DNA of 64,000 bases, taken from contig JBMNFL010000001.1 in NCBI GenBank assembly GCA_050949315.1, positions 608,001 through 672,000 of the forward strand, given 5' to 3'. Position 1 is the first letter of the stretch; each line of letters begins with the position of its first letter. The notes under the pieces are model-generated. The model was given only the letters and a program-made list of their open reading frames with translations, made no database searches and was not told the DNA's origin. The stretch comes from Bacilli bacterium (GTDB lineage: Bacteria > Bacillota_I > Bacilli_A > RFN20 > UBA1709). This document shows, piece after piece, positions 52,149 through 62,454 of this stretch. The position numbers and the translations under genes were made by a program.

Positions 52149-52973
52149 TTAATCTTCCTTGTGTGGAATTTTATTCATCAAAAAGTAACCGCCTATTAAA
52201 CCGAAAGCAAACAAAAGTAGAGCCCATAGCCACTCAATACCTTGTGGTGCTTCCTTGAAAAGCACAAAAACTGAGGCTATAACAAAACCTATAATAACAC
52301 AATAAACAATTTCTGGAAACTTTTTTAAACAATAATTAACGATTTTTGCTAGCATTAGCGCGCCAATTAACACCGTTAAAACAAGCGGAAGTAAGAATAG
52401 GACATCTAAATTAGCAATGGCTTTTGTCACTTCTTCATAAAGACCATAAACATATAAAACATGGAAAGTGCTAATCCCTGGTAAAACAATAGAAACACAA
52501 ACACTAAAACCAACGATGATTAAAAAGAGAACATCAATAAACTTTATTTCCGCTCCACTGAGCACAGAAGTGTTCCCTTCTGGTAAAAAAGTGATACCAA
52601 TAACAATGCCGGTGCCAATAAGAATAGCGAGAATATGTTTCCAATTGAAATGTTTTATTTTAGCCTGACGAGCAACTACTGGTAACCCGGCGAGAATTAA
52701 ACCCGCAAACAAGAAAACAATAATTACCGCATGTTGCTCTAAAATTGCTCCCATTAAATTAGAGGATATAAAGAAACCAGGTAAAGTTCCCAAGATAAAA
52801 GATAGCAAAAAAAGGAAATTTCTTTTGAAATCTTTAAAAATATTACTGGCTGCTTCAACTAGGGAGGTATAGATTCCCAAAATAACCGCTATCGTTCCAC
52901 CACTTAAACCTGGAACAATCATCAAAGTCCCAATGATGAAGCCCTTAAAAAAAGCAAGAAGGTACCGTTTCAT
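52149..52973 (-). CDS. DUF368 family protein (undecaprenyl-phosphate translocase-like)
   Basis: 'IVPGLSGGTIA..LGIY' and a repeated 'LPGIS..L..GLY'. Confidence 0.88.
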   Translation of the reverse strand: MKRYLLAFFKGFIIGTLMIVPGLSGGTIAVILGIYTSLVEAASNIFKDFKRNFLFLLSFILGTLPGFFISSNLMGAILEQHAVIIVFLFAGLILAGLPVVARQAKIKHFNWKHILAILIGTGIVIGITFLPEGNTSVLSGAEIKFIDVLFLIIVGFSVCVSIVLPGISTFHVLYVYGLYEEVTKAIANLDVLFLLPLVLTVLIGALMLAKIVNYCLKKFPEIVYCVIIGFVIASVFVLFKEAPQGIEWLWALLLFAFGLIGGYFLMNKIPHKED

Positions 52974-52986
52974 TTATTTGCTCCTA

Positions 52987-54411
52987 TTACTTTTCAATTT
53001 CTTCCTTTAGCAATTGACTAACTAGGGCTGGATTAGCTTTTCCTTGGGACAATTTTAAAACTTGTCCAACTAGGAAGCCCAAGATATTTGTGCGTCCATT
53101 TTTATAAGTTTCAATGGCTTGGGGATTTTTTTCTAAAACTTCCTTGACCCAGGCCAAAATTTGTTTATCATCACTAATCTGAACCATGTTTTTCTCTTTG
53201 GCTAACAATTCAGGATCCTTACCTGTCAAAACTAAATCCTCAAAAAGTTCTTTAGCCTGTTTAGAAGAGACCTTGCCAACATCTAACATTTTAATTAACT
53301 GACCAAGTTGAGCAGGACCAAATTTTAAACTTCCTAAATCACTGGTTCCCAGCTTATTTAAAACCGCTTGTACTGAACTAATCATCCAGTTAGCTGCTAA
53401 CTTTGGTTGCTGACAAACAACTACAACCTCTTCAAAGAAATCCGAAAAATCTTTGTCAACAACTAAGACTTCGGCATCATAATCATTTAAACCCATTTGA
53501 CGGTATCTTTCCTTGCGAGCATCCGGTAATTCAGGAAGATTATCTTTTATTTTTTTAATCCAATCAGCTGAAAGATGAATGGGGACAATATTGGGCTCGG
53601 TAAAATATTTATAATCTACTGCCGAGGTTTTTTTACGCATTAAAACCGTCTGTTTACTAGTTTCATCAAAACGTCTGGTCTCAGGACTAATTTTCCCACC
53701 ACTTAATAAAATTTGTTTTTGTCTTTCAACTTCATAATCAACCGCTCTGCGAACATTGGCGATGGAGTTAAGGTTTTTTATCTCGGTTTTGACTCCAAAC
53801 TTTTTGCTACCTTCTGGGCGCAATGAAACATTAACGTCACAACGCATTGAGCCCTCTTCCATTTTGACATCACTAACACCTGTATAAAGAAGAATTGAAC
53901 GCAGTTTTTCTACATAAGCAGCCGCCTCTTCCCCGCTCCTGATATCTGGGTGACTGACAATTTCAATTAAAGGAACACCACAACGATTATAATCAATTAA
54001 AGTATAGTCATTAAAATGCAGTTGCTTGGCGGTGTCTTCTTCCATATGTAGTCTTTCAATTCTGATTGTTTTTTTCTGGCCACCAATTGTAATTTCTAAG
54101 CTACCATCACGACCTATTGGTCTTTGTTGTTGAGTAATTTGATAACCCTTTGGTAAATCGGAATAAAAGTAGTTCTTGCGATCAAAAATTAAAGTATCAT
54201 CAATTGTTAGACCTAAGGCTGTTGAAGCCATGATGGCGTATTCTACTGCTTTTTTATTAACCGTTGGTAAAGTACCAGGAAAGGCCATATCAACTGGTGA
54301 AACCTGGGTATTTGGTTGGGCGGCAAAAGAATTGGGCGCTGATGAAAACATTTTGGTTTTGGTTTTCAATTCACAGTGTATCTCAATACCGATTATTGTT
54401 TCATAATTCAT
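52987..54411 (-). CDS. gatB: Asp/Glu-tRNA amidotransferase subunit B
   Basis: IGIEIH, RKNYFYSDLPKGYQITQ, GSMRCDVN. Confidence 0.98.
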   Translation of the reverse strand: MNYETIIGIEIHCELKTKTKMFSSAPNSFAAQPNTQVSPVDMAFPGTLPTVNKKAVEYAIMASTALGLTIDDTLIFDRKNYFYSDLPKGYQITQQQRPIGRDGSLEITIGGQKKTIRIERLHMEEDTAKQLHFNDYTLIDYNRCGVPLIEIVSHPDIRSGEEAAAYVEKLRSILLYTGVSDVKMEEGSMRCDVNVSLRPEGSKKFGVKTEIKNLNSIANVRRAVDYEVERQKQILLSGGKISPETRRFDETSKQTVLMRKKTSAVDYKYFTEPNIVPIHLSADWIKKIKDNLPELPDARKERYRQMGLNDYDAEVLVVDKDFSDFFEEVVVVCQQPKLAANWMISSVQAVLNKLGTSDLGSLKFGPAQLGQLIKMLDVGKVSSKQAKELFEDLVLTGKDPELLAKEKNMVQISDDKQILAWVKEVLEKNPQAIETYKNGRTNILGFLVGQVLKLSQGKANPALVSQLLKEEIEK

Positions 54412-55874
54412 TACTCTCCACCTCTTTTAGCGATTTGACCTTTATAACGTGCTAATAAGGTTTCAATTCCTAAACTGATATTAAGCACTTCTTGTTCCTC
54501 AAAGGCTTTTCCCATAATATTGACTCCTACTGGTAAGCCATCAACAAAACCAGAAGGTAAAGTTAAACTAGGAAGTCCCGCAAAATTACCGATAGCTAAA
54601 TGATTTTCGCCAATTAGATAAGCCACCGATAACTTTTCATCATTCTTTTCGGTAAATTTAGGAGCAATAGAGCCAGTAGCCGGCAAAAAAATCGCTTCAC
54701 ATTTAGCCAAAATTCTTTGAACTTCATTGACAATTAAACGCCTGATTTTTTGAGCTCTTAACAATAATTCTTTTTGATTCTCCTTGGCCAAACAATAACC
54801 CCCAAATACGAAACGCCGCTTTACTAATTCACTAAAGCCGACTGTCCTTGTTTTGATAATACTATCTAAAAAATCCGTACCTTTTTCTCTTGGGCCAAAC
54901 TTTATACCATCAAGATTGGCGTTATTTGAAGTAGCCTCTGAACTAGAAATAACCATATAAATAGGATAAATAGCCTTTAATAAACGCATGTCAATATCTT
55001 CTTCAATAATTTCAACACCCGCTTCTTTTAATTTTAACAAAACTTGCTCAAAATTAGTCCGAACCAAGGGGTTGCCTAAAGATTCGTTGATAGACTTAAT
55101 AATTGCTAACTTTTTTCCTTTTAATTCGGGATTGAGTTTTTCAACATATTGTTCTACTGGTTTAATTGAACAAGTCATATCTTTAGGATCCTTACCCGCC
55201 AAATTTTCTAAAAGATAAGCGGCATCCTTTACTGTGCGCGTAAAATAAGCAACATGATCTAATGAGGTTGCAAAGGGGAAAAGGCCGAAGCGACTAATAC
55301 GCCCCCAACTGGGTTTAAAGCCCACACAACCACAATATGCCGCTGGTTTTCTAACAGAATCGCCTGTATCGCTACCAATTGCGAAAGGAACAATCCCAGC
55401 ACTAACAGCCGCAGCGCTACCAGCACTGCTACCACCAGATATCCGCTCTATAGCCCAAGGATTTTTAACAACTCCTGTGTTGCCATTTGTTCCTGTTCCC
55501 CCCAAGCCCAATTCATCCAAAACAGTTTTACCAATAGAAACCGCACCCGCCTCTTTGAGTTTCTTTACTACTGTAGCATCATAAACGGGATAGTAATCTT
55601 TTAAAATATTAGAAGAACCTGTGCTCAATTCTCCTTTAACTGAATAATTATCTTTCATGGCATAAGGAATACCAAAAAGGGGATTAGTAATTTCCTTGCC
55701 ATCTAAATTTTGGGCTTCCTTAAGCGCTTGAATACGAAAACTAACAAAGGCATTTAAATCTTTTTGATATTTCTGTGCTCGGTCATAGGCTTCGCTTACT
55801 AATTCTGATGGTAAGACTTGTTTAGCTACTAAGGCTTTATGTATCTCTTCTATTGACAAGTCTAGATAACTCAT
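54411..55874 (-). CDS. gatA: Asp/Glu-tRNA amidotransferase subunit A
   Basis: Amidase signature GGSSAGS..GSDTGDSVR; lies between gatC and gatB. Confidence 0.96.
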   Translation of the reverse strand: MSYLDLSIEEIHKALVAKQVLPSELVSEAYDRAQKYQKDLNAFVSFRIQALKEAQNLDGKEITNPLFGIPYAMKDNYSVKGELSTGSSNILKDYYPVYDATVVKKLKEAGAVSIGKTVLDELGLGGTGTNGNTGVVKNPWAIERISGGSSAGSAAAVSAGIVPFAIGSDTGDSVRKPAAYCGCVGFKPSWGRISRFGLFPFATSLDHVAYFTRTVKDAAYLLENLAGKDPKDMTCSIKPVEQYVEKLNPELKGKKLAIIKSINESLGNPLVRTNFEQVLLKLKEAGVEIIEEDIDMRLLKAIYPIYMVISSSEATSNNANLDGIKFGPREKGTDFLDSIIKTRTVGFSELVKRRFVFGGYCLAKENQKELLLRAQKIRRLIVNEVQRILAKCEAIFLPATGSIAPKFTEKNDEKLSVAYLIGENHLAIGNFAGLPSLTLPSGFVDGLPVGVNIMGKAFEEQEVLNISLGIETLLARYKGQIAKRGGE

Positions 55875-55875
55875 T

Positions 55876-56169
55876 CTAGCCCACCACCTTTTGGACCTTA
55901 ACCATGTCCATCATGCTTTCCTTGGCGTTTTTCAAAACCTCGTCAACACTTAAACATTTCTCAACCTCATCTTCACGTAGTCCACAGTTTTCATTCTCAA
56001 TAGGAAAAACCAAGGGTTCAACTTGATCAAGATTTTCAATCGCTCCCAATAATTTCATCTGTTCTAAAATAAGTGTAAATTCTTGTTGTAAAGTTAAATA
56101 TTGCTCTTCACTCATGGTAAAAAGGAGACTTTTTGTTATTTTCTTTAATTCTTCAATGGTTAGCACCAT
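55876..56169 (-). CDS. gatC: Asp/Glu-tRNA amidotransferase subunit C
   Basis: 97 aa, 'LRED..VLKNA..V.KV', upstream of gatA. Confidence 0.9.
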   Translation of the reverse strand: MVLTIEELKKITKSLLFTMSEEQYLTLQQEFTLILEQMKLLGAIENLDQVEPLVFPIENENCGLREDEVEKCLSVDEVLKNAKESMMDMVKVQKVVG

Positions 56170-56310
56170 TACATCAACTCCTTAATCTTTTCTATTTTAC
56201 CACTTTAACCTTGCAGGCTTCAACTAAGCTTGTTAAGGTTTTTTATGTTTTCTTGTTGGTTGTCAATTTAAAATAATGTATAATAATAACACCACGAGGT
56301 GAAACACATT

Positions 56311-56790
56311 ATGGTTACTATGCGTTCAAAAAAAGATATAGGTACTATATTCATTTATTTTTTAATTGTTATTTTAGGTTGCTGTGTCCTGATACTTGGT
56401 CTTAGTAAACTGAGAATTGCCGAGGGCTGGTATGAATATACGGAGGGCGCTTTCTTTAGTTTAATTGGAATCGCCACTCCTTTAGCTATGCTTTATGCTT
56501 TGCTTAGAACTAAATATGTTTTTAATGAAAAAGAATTAGAATTAAAGTCTGGACTCTTTAAAGTCACTCTTGCTTACGCCGATATCTTCGTTATTAAAGA
56601 TTCAAGGCGTTTTTTCGCCCTTTATTCTCTATCTAGCGATCGTTTTGAAATAACTTTTAAAGACAAAAATAACGCTTCTAAACCTTGGGGCCATTATTAC
56701 GTGTCGCCTGTTGATAAAAACGAGTTTATTAAAGAATTACGTAAACACTGCAAACATGTAAAGGTTGTTCGTGCACCTGGTATGGAATAA
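56311..56790 (+). CDS. Membrane protein with a bacterial PH domain
   Basis: Two TMs then 'TKY..EL..KSG', 'LSSDR.EI', 'VSP.DK.EFI..L'. Confidence 0.7.
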   Translation: MVTMRSKKDIGTIFIYFLIVILGCCVLILGLSKLRIAEGWYEYTEGAFFSLIGIATPLAMLYALLRTKYVFNEKELELKSGLFKVTLAYADIFVIKDSRRFFALYSLSSDRFEITFKDKNNASKPWGHYYVSPVDKNEFIKELRKHCKHVKVVRAPGME

Positions 56791-56850
56791 CAAAATTGAC
56801 AGCTGCTTTGATAGTAAGCACGAACAAAACAGCAATAAGGAAGGGTAATT

Positions 56851-57672
56851 ATGTATTCTAAAATTGATCAAGCCAGTGACTATTTACGACAAATTATCAA
56901 AATAACACCAAGTGTTGTAGTGGTCCTAAGCCACGGACTCATTAATTTCTTTAAAGACATTCAAGTAGCGGTAGAAATTAATTTTGCCGACATTCCTAAT
57001 TTCCCTGTTAGCAAAATAGAAGGCCATGATAATAAACTAACCTACGGTATTGTTGATAATAAATATGTTTTATTGATGAAAGATCGCTTGCATCGTTATG
57101 AGGGCTTTTCCGAGGAAGAATTAGCCTTCCCCTACCGAGTTTTCGCTAACCTAGGTATTAAAAACATCATTCTAACCAATGGTGTTGGGGCTATTAATGA
57201 AGATCTCAAGGTTGGAGATATTGTTTTGATTCGCGATCATATCTCCTTCTTTGCTCCAAACATTTTGAAAGGCGATAACTACAGTCGCTTTGGCCATCAA
57301 TTCCCCGATATGACCAATGTCTATACGACCGCGATGCGTAATCGGGTCTTGTTATCAGCTCAAGCCATCGGCTTTAATCTTAAAGAATGTGTTTACTGCT
57401 TCTTGCCAGGTCCCAACTATGAGAGCCCTAGTGAAATGCGGGCTTTAAAAGTTATGGGGGCCGATGTTGTGGGAATGGCTATTGTACCTGAGGCCATTGT
57501 TTGCTGCCACGCTGGAATGAATATTGCTGGCGTTTGTCTGGTAACTAATAAAGCCGCGGGACATACCACTCGTCCCTTAACTAATCGAGAAATTATAAGA
57601 GCTAGTACCAGATGTAAAGACGATGTCGAAATGTTGGTTCGCGCTATTCTTAAAGACATACCAAAAGGCTAA
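56851..57672 (+). CDS. Purine-nucleoside phosphorylase family protein (trimeric PNP type, divergent)
   Basis: 'IPNFP.S.IEGH', R.H.YEG, GPNYE, VTN.A. Confidence 0.85.
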   Translation: MYSKIDQASDYLRQIIKITPSVVVVLSHGLINFFKDIQVAVEINFADIPNFPVSKIEGHDNKLTYGIVDNKYVLLMKDRLHRYEGFSEEELAFPYRVFANLGIKNIILTNGVGAINEDLKVGDIVLIRDHISFFAPNILKGDNYSRFGHQFPDMTNVYTTAMRNRVLLSAQAIGFNLKECVYCFLPGPNYESPSEMRALKVMGADVVGMAIVPEAIVCCHAGMNIAGVCLVTNKAAGHTTRPLTNREIIRASTRCKDDVEMLVRAILKDIPKG

Positions 57673-57675
57673 GGT

Positions 57676-59067
57676 TTAAACCCTAGCCTTTTTTCTTAAA
57701 CTTTCATCAATTGCTTTCGCCGCTTTCTTTCCGGCCCCCATGGCTAGAATAATAGTTGCGGCTCCACTGACGACATCACCACCGGCATAGACCCCTTCAC
57801 GACTGGTCATGCCTTTTTCGTCAACAATAATACCTCCCCATTTTTCACTTTTTAAACCTTCCGTTGTTTGAGCAATAAGCGGATTAGGATTATTACCAAT
57901 AGCTACCACCACCGTATCTACTGGGATAATATGTTCACTACCTAGAATAGGTACTGGTGAAGGTCGACCACTAGCATCAACTTCTCCTAGTTGCATTTTA
58001 ACGACCTTAATTCCCGTTACACGCCCTTCTTTGTTGGCTAGAATCTCTACGGTATTGGTTAAAAGTTCAAACTGAACTCCCTCTTCTAAGGCGTGTTCAA
58101 CTTCTTCAACCCGGGCTGGCATTTCCTTGCGACCCCGACGATAGATAACGTAGACTTCCTCTACTCCTAAACGCAGGGCACTTCTAGCGGCATCCATCGC
58201 CACATTCCCGCCACCCAAAACAGCGACTCTTTTGCCAACTCTTATCGGGGTATCATATTCAGGAAATTTATAAGCTTTCATCAAATTAATCCTTGTTAAA
58301 AATTCATTGGCTGAATAAACTCCTAAAGAATCTTCACCAGGAACTCCCTGCCATTTGGGTAAGCCTGCTCCCGTTCCTACATAAACGGCTTGAAACCCTT
58401 CTTTTAATAATTCATCTATGCTTATACTGCGACCAACTACGACATTAGTGATTATCTTAACGCCTAAAGCGCGAATTTTCGCAATTTCGGCTTCAACTAA
58501 AACTTTAGGCAATCTAAATTCAGGAATACCATAAACTAGAACGCCTCCCGCCGTATGCAGCGCTTCAAATATCGTAACATCATAACCCCTTTTCGCTAGT
58601 TCACCTGCACAGGTAAGGCCTGAGGGTCCCGATCCAACAATTGCCACTTTTTTGCCGTTACTCTTCTCTTTAATAACTTTGTCTTCTCTGTTTAAAGTGT
58701 AATCAGCCACAAATCTTTCTAAATAGCCTATTGCTACTGCTTCACCCTTTAAGCCACGGACACATTTAGCTTCACATTGGCTTTCTTGGGGACAAACACG
58801 ACCGCAAATAGCGGGCAAAGAATTGTTCTCTTTGATAATATTGGCCGCTTCAACAAAATCCCCCTGCTTAATCTTGTTAATAAAGCTAGGGATATTAACC
58901 GCCACTGGACAGCCCTCTACACAACGCGGATTCTTACAATCCAAACAACGCATGGATTCGTCTATCGCCATCTCTTTAGTGTAACCTAAAGCCACCTCTT
59001 CAAAATTCTTTTTCCGCTTTTCGGCTTCTTGACTTGGCATGGGGTTTTTAGTTAAACGCTTATTCAT
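57676..59067 (-). CDS. nfnB: NfnB/SudA-like flavoprotein (GltD-like large subunit of NADH-dependent Fd:NADP oxidoreductase)
   Basis: RCLDC..C..GCP, CGRVCPQESQCE, two Rossmann motifs; paired with an NfnA-like gene. Confidence 0.85.
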   Translation of the reverse strand: MNKRLTKNPMPSQEAEKRKKNFEEVALGYTKEMAIDESMRCLDCKNPRCVEGCPVAVNIPSFINKIKQGDFVEAANIIKENNSLPAICGRVCPQESQCEAKCVRGLKGEAVAIGYLERFVADYTLNREDKVIKEKSNGKKVAIVGSGPSGLTCAGELAKRGYDVTIFEALHTAGGVLVYGIPEFRLPKVLVEAEIAKIRALGVKIITNVVVGRSISIDELLKEGFQAVYVGTGAGLPKWQGVPGEDSLGVYSANEFLTRINLMKAYKFPEYDTPIRVGKRVAVLGGGNVAMDAARSALRLGVEEVYVIYRRGRKEMPARVEEVEHALEEGVQFELLTNTVEILANKEGRVTGIKVVKMQLGEVDASGRPSPVPILGSEHIIPVDTVVVAIGNNPNPLIAQTTEGLKSEKWGGIIVDEKGMTSREGVYAGGDVVSGAATIILAMGAGKKAAKAIDESLRKKARV

Positions 59068-59907
59068 TTATTCTCCCTCCCCACCTAGGCGACAGATCGT
59101 CTTTTTATCAGCGATGGCCTCTTCTTCTTGATACATTTTATTACGCGCGATGGCCTCTAAAAAATCAACCTGATGACCATCAAATTCTGGGCCATCAACA
59201 CAGGCAAATTTAACTTTACCATTAACTTTAATTCGACAGCTTCCACACATCCCTGTTCCATCAACCATTATGGAATTCATAGAAACAACGGTTTTAATTT
59301 TATGATTTCTAGTAATATCACTAACAACTTTCATCATCATTAAAGGACCGATGGCAATAACAACATCATAAGTCTTTGTTGATAATTTTTCTTGCAAGGC
59401 ATCCGTAACTAAACCTTGATTACCGTTACTACCATCGTCGGTTTTTATCACCAGTGAACTTGAAACTTTTTTAAACTCTTCTTCTAAAATAATTAAATCT
59501 TTATTTCTAAAGCCAACTATAACATCAACTTCCGCACCTAACTCATGCAAGGCTTTGGCCTGGGGGTAAGCAATCGCTACACCCAAACCACCACCAATAA
59601 CACAAGCTTTTTGAATGCCCGCAAAGTCTGAGGCCTTTCCTAAAGGTCCAACAAAATCTAAAAGATGATCGCCCTCTTTTAAACTGTCTAAGCGCTTGGT
59701 ACTATAACCTACCTTTTGGAATATTATCGTTATCGTGCCTTTTTTTCGATCATAATCAGCAATTGTTAAAGGAATACGTTCCCCTTTATCATCAATTCTA
59801 AGGATGATAAATTGCCCAGCTAAAGATTTTCTAGCGACCAAGGGGGCTTCTATCACCATTAAAGTAGTGCTTAGATTAAGAACTCTTTTTTCTAAAATCC
59901 GATACAT
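59068..59907 (-). CDS. nfnA: NfnA/SudB-like subunit
   Basis: GQFIILR..GERIPLTI, DGTGMCGSCR, ACVDGPEF. Confidence 0.85.
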   Translation of the reverse strand: MYRILEKRVLNLSTTLMVIEAPLVARKSLAGQFIILRIDDKGERIPLTIADYDRKKGTITIIFQKVGYSTKRLDSLKEGDHLLDFVGPLGKASDFAGIQKACVIGGGLGVAIAYPQAKALHELGAEVDVIVGFRNKDLIILEEEFKKVSSSLVIKTDDGSNGNQGLVTDALQEKLSTKTYDVVIAIGPLMMMKVVSDITRNHKIKTVVSMNSIMVDGTGMCGSCRIKVNGKVKFACVDGPEFDGHQVDFLEAIARNKMYQEEEAIADKKTICRLGGEGE

Positions 59908-59976
59908 AACACCCCTCCTTTAACAATTTCTTTTTGTATTCTAACATCTAGTTAAGGGTTTTCCAATTAATACGCT

Positions 59977-60561
59977 TTAAATAAAGCTTTCAAGTAAAAA
60001 ACTTACTGGTCGCACCCCATCATTACAAGAAACGATGGCTTGGTATGGATTCTTCATCCATTCATCATATATAGCATAGGCCCCAAGATTTAAAAGATAG
60101 ACAAAGGGCTCAAGATTCATCCAAGCACTAACACAAAAATTAACAGGACGCTGACCTGCTAAACTAATAAACTCTTGACCTTTAGTTAACTCACAACTTA
60201 ATTTGTCCGTTTTCTCATATTTATACGCCAACTCACTTAGTTCATTTTTCTTAAGAACAGTGATTTTAACCTGACTAACTTTTCTAAATAAATCTATTTT
60301 GGCTGTTATTTCTGTGTCCCCTGTTTCTTCATCTACCAAATTTAATTTAATTTGGCCTTTATACTGTCTTGTTCGTAAACACTCTAGAAGGGCTTTTATC
60401 TTCGCTCGAGAAAAAATGTCGCGACCAAACCATAAAGTTAATTCGCAAATCTTATCAAATTTCTCTAAGACTTCAATAAAATCCTCATCAAAAAGGATGA
60501 ACATTTCTTGCTCATTAATTATCCTTTTTAGCAATTCTTCTTTCGCACAGATATTAATCAT
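59977..60561 (-). CDS. Hypothetical protein with a C-terminal TIGR04076-like domain
   Basis: 'KITVLK..C..GQEF..P.NFC.SAW..SCNDG.RPVSFLLE'. Confidence 0.7.
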   Translation of the reverse strand: MINICAKEELLKRIINEQEMFILFDEDFIEVLEKFDKICELTLWFGRDIFSRAKIKALLECLRTRQYKGQIKLNLVDEETGDTEITAKIDLFRKVSQVKITVLKKNELSELAYKYEKTDKLSCELTKGQEFISLAGQRPVNFCVSAWMNLEPFVYLLNLGAYAIYDEWMKNPYQAIVSCNDGVRPVSFLLESFI

Positions 60562-60572
60562 AAGGTTTCTTC

Positions 60573-60965
60573 CTACTTAATTTTCTCAATAATTTCTTTC
60601 CATGCTGTTTGATCTTTTTTCCAACACTGAATCTTTCCTTGATAAAAAGAGTTGGGAGGAATTTCTTTATTATAAACATAAACATAAGCCTGATAATCTT
60701 TAGTTAAGGTTTTAACCAAGACTTCTTTACGACAATATAAATCACCATTATCTTCCAAATAATCCAACCTTTTTAAATCAACATCATTTATCCGGTAGAG
60801 TTCACCTAAAATTACGCCTTCCCCCTCAATAATGCCAGGATAATTACCAAGATTAAATAATTTATAATTTTCTAAATAGGCAAGGGCAAAAGGATTGCGA
60901 TTAAGGAAATGATGATTGCGCTCTCTTTGTAATAAAGTTCCATAAACAAAAACCAGTTTTAACAT
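60573..60965 (-). CDS. Gamma-glutamylcyclotransferase family protein
   Basis: FVYGTL, YPG, GELY, LD.LE, Y.R. Confidence 0.9.
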   Translation of the reverse strand: MLKLVFVYGTLLQRERNHHFLNRNPFALAYLENYKLFNLGNYPGIIEGEGVILGELYRINDVDLKRLDYLEDNGDLYCRKEVLVKTLTKDYQAYVYVYNKEIPPNSFYQGKIQCWKKDQTAWKEIIEKIK

Positions 60966-61067
60966 ATTAATACCCCTTTTTTTAAGCCAAAAACATAAAC
61001 ATATAAATCTATAAACTACCGATTATATGAGTACAAATTCCTATTATAAAACAATTTAGTTCTTCTA

Positions 61068-61487
61068 TTATTTATGACCAGACGTCTCTTTAAAATATTT
61101 AGCTCTTTCAGCTAAAACTTCATCTTCTTTTTGTAATTTTAATGTAACATTATGGGCTTTGGTCTTCCCTTTTTCATCAACATAGACATAAGAAACATAA
61201 CCACTAACAATGACTTCATTATCAACTTTGAACTCAATGTGAACCATAAAACTGCTGTTTCCTACTAGGACTATTTTACCAGTAGCCTCAATTAAACCAC
61301 CGAGCTTAATTGGCTTGCGATAACGCATCTCGTGAACATTGACACAAACAATGCCCTCCGCTGGTACGTGTTGAGCGACTGTCATTAAACCTGTTTCAAC
61401 AAACCACTCAGCGGCTCGACCAGCAAATAAAGTGCCGTGATGATTTAAGTCTTCGCTTTTAACAAATCTGTAAGTTGTGAATTTCAT
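61068..61487 (-). CDS. Acyl-CoA thioesterase (hotdog fold)
   Basis: DLNHHGTLFAG motif. Confidence 0.88.
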   Translation of the reverse strand: MKFTTYRFVKSEDLNHHGTLFAGRAAEWFVETGLMTVAQHVPAEGIVCVNVHEMRYRKPIKLGGLIEATGKIVLVGNSSFMVHIEFKVDNEVIVSGYVSYVYVDEKGKTKAHNVTLKLQKEDEVLAERAKYFKETSGHK

Positions 61488-62440
61488 TTTCCTTGCTCCC
61501 CCTTGATAATCTTTTCTAACTCTAAGATGTCTTCATAATTTTGAACAGAAAAGGTTTGTGCTTTCCCATTTAAACTTTCAATAATCTCTTGATTGTACCT
61601 ACTGAGACTACGCCCTGGACCAACTTCTACAATTAATTCTACACCTTGCTTGAGCATTTCACTAACACTTTCTTCCCAACGAACAGGATACCAGATATGT
61701 TTATCTAATAAATCTTTAACATCCTCGTTGCTTAAACTCTTTGCTGTCACATTAGGAATAAAAGTACAAACTGGTGGCTTTAGTTGAACATCTTTTAATT
61801 CTTTGGCTAAGTTAGTCCCGGCATTTTTTAGTAAACTTGTGTGAAAAGGTGCGCTGACTTTTAGAGGAAATATTTTAGTTGCTCCCGCTTTGAAGGCTAA
61901 ATCAATTGCCTTATCAACCGCTACTTTGTAACCAGAGATAATCAGTTGTTTGGGACTATTATAATTGCTTATTTCTACAAGAGCCTCTTTTTGAGCTTCC
62001 TCAACAATATCCATAACTTTTGTCTTATCTAAACCTATGATCAAGGCCATTTTCCCAACACCAACCGCCACTTCAGCTTGGATAAGCGGACCTCGTTTAA
62101 TAACTAAGTTGAGACTATCTTGAAAGTCCATGATGCCTGCGCAAACCAGAGCCGCATATTCTCCCAAACTAAAACCCGCACAAACATCAGGATAAATTTC
62201 CCGCGCCTGTAAACTTCTTAAAAGAGCCACTTCAGTTGTGTGAATTGTTGGCTGCTGAATAATGGTAGACAATAAACTCTCTTCTGGTCCTTGAAAACAG
62301 AGTTTTCTAATCGGCTGACCCGATAGCCTTTCTGCCTCAAGATAAACTTCTTGGGCCTTTTTTTCGTTTTTGTAAAAATCGGCTCCCATCCCCACATATT
62401 GGGTCCCTTGACCAGGAAAAACAAAGGCTATTTTTTTCAT
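61484..62440 (-). CDS. fabD: Malonyl-CoA:ACP transacylase
   Basis: FPGQG.Q, GFSLGEY, SAPFH, PVRW, EVGPG. Confidence 0.93.
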   Translation of the reverse strand: MKKIAFVFPGQGTQYVGMGADFYKNEKKAQEVYLEAERLSGQPIRKLCFQGPEESLLSTIIQQPTIHTTEVALLRSLQAREIYPDVCAGFSLGEYAALVCAGIMDFQDSLNLVIKRGPLIQAEVAVGVGKMALIIGLDKTKVMDIVEEAQKEALVEISNYNSPKQLIISGYKVAVDKAIDLAFKAGATKIFPLKVSAPFHTSLLKNAGTNLAKELKDVQLKPPVCTFIPNVTAKSLSNEDVKDLLDKHIWYPVRWEESVSEMLKQGVELIVEVGPGRSLSRYNQEIIESLNGKAQTFSVQNYEDILELEKIIKGEQGK

Positions 62441-62454
62441 TTAGTTCCTCCTTT

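Noticed and set aside
56206-56240. Imperfect inverted repeat between the divergent gatC and PH-domain genes
   Set aside because: Several mismatches and no recognisable T-box or riboswitch motif; insufficient support.
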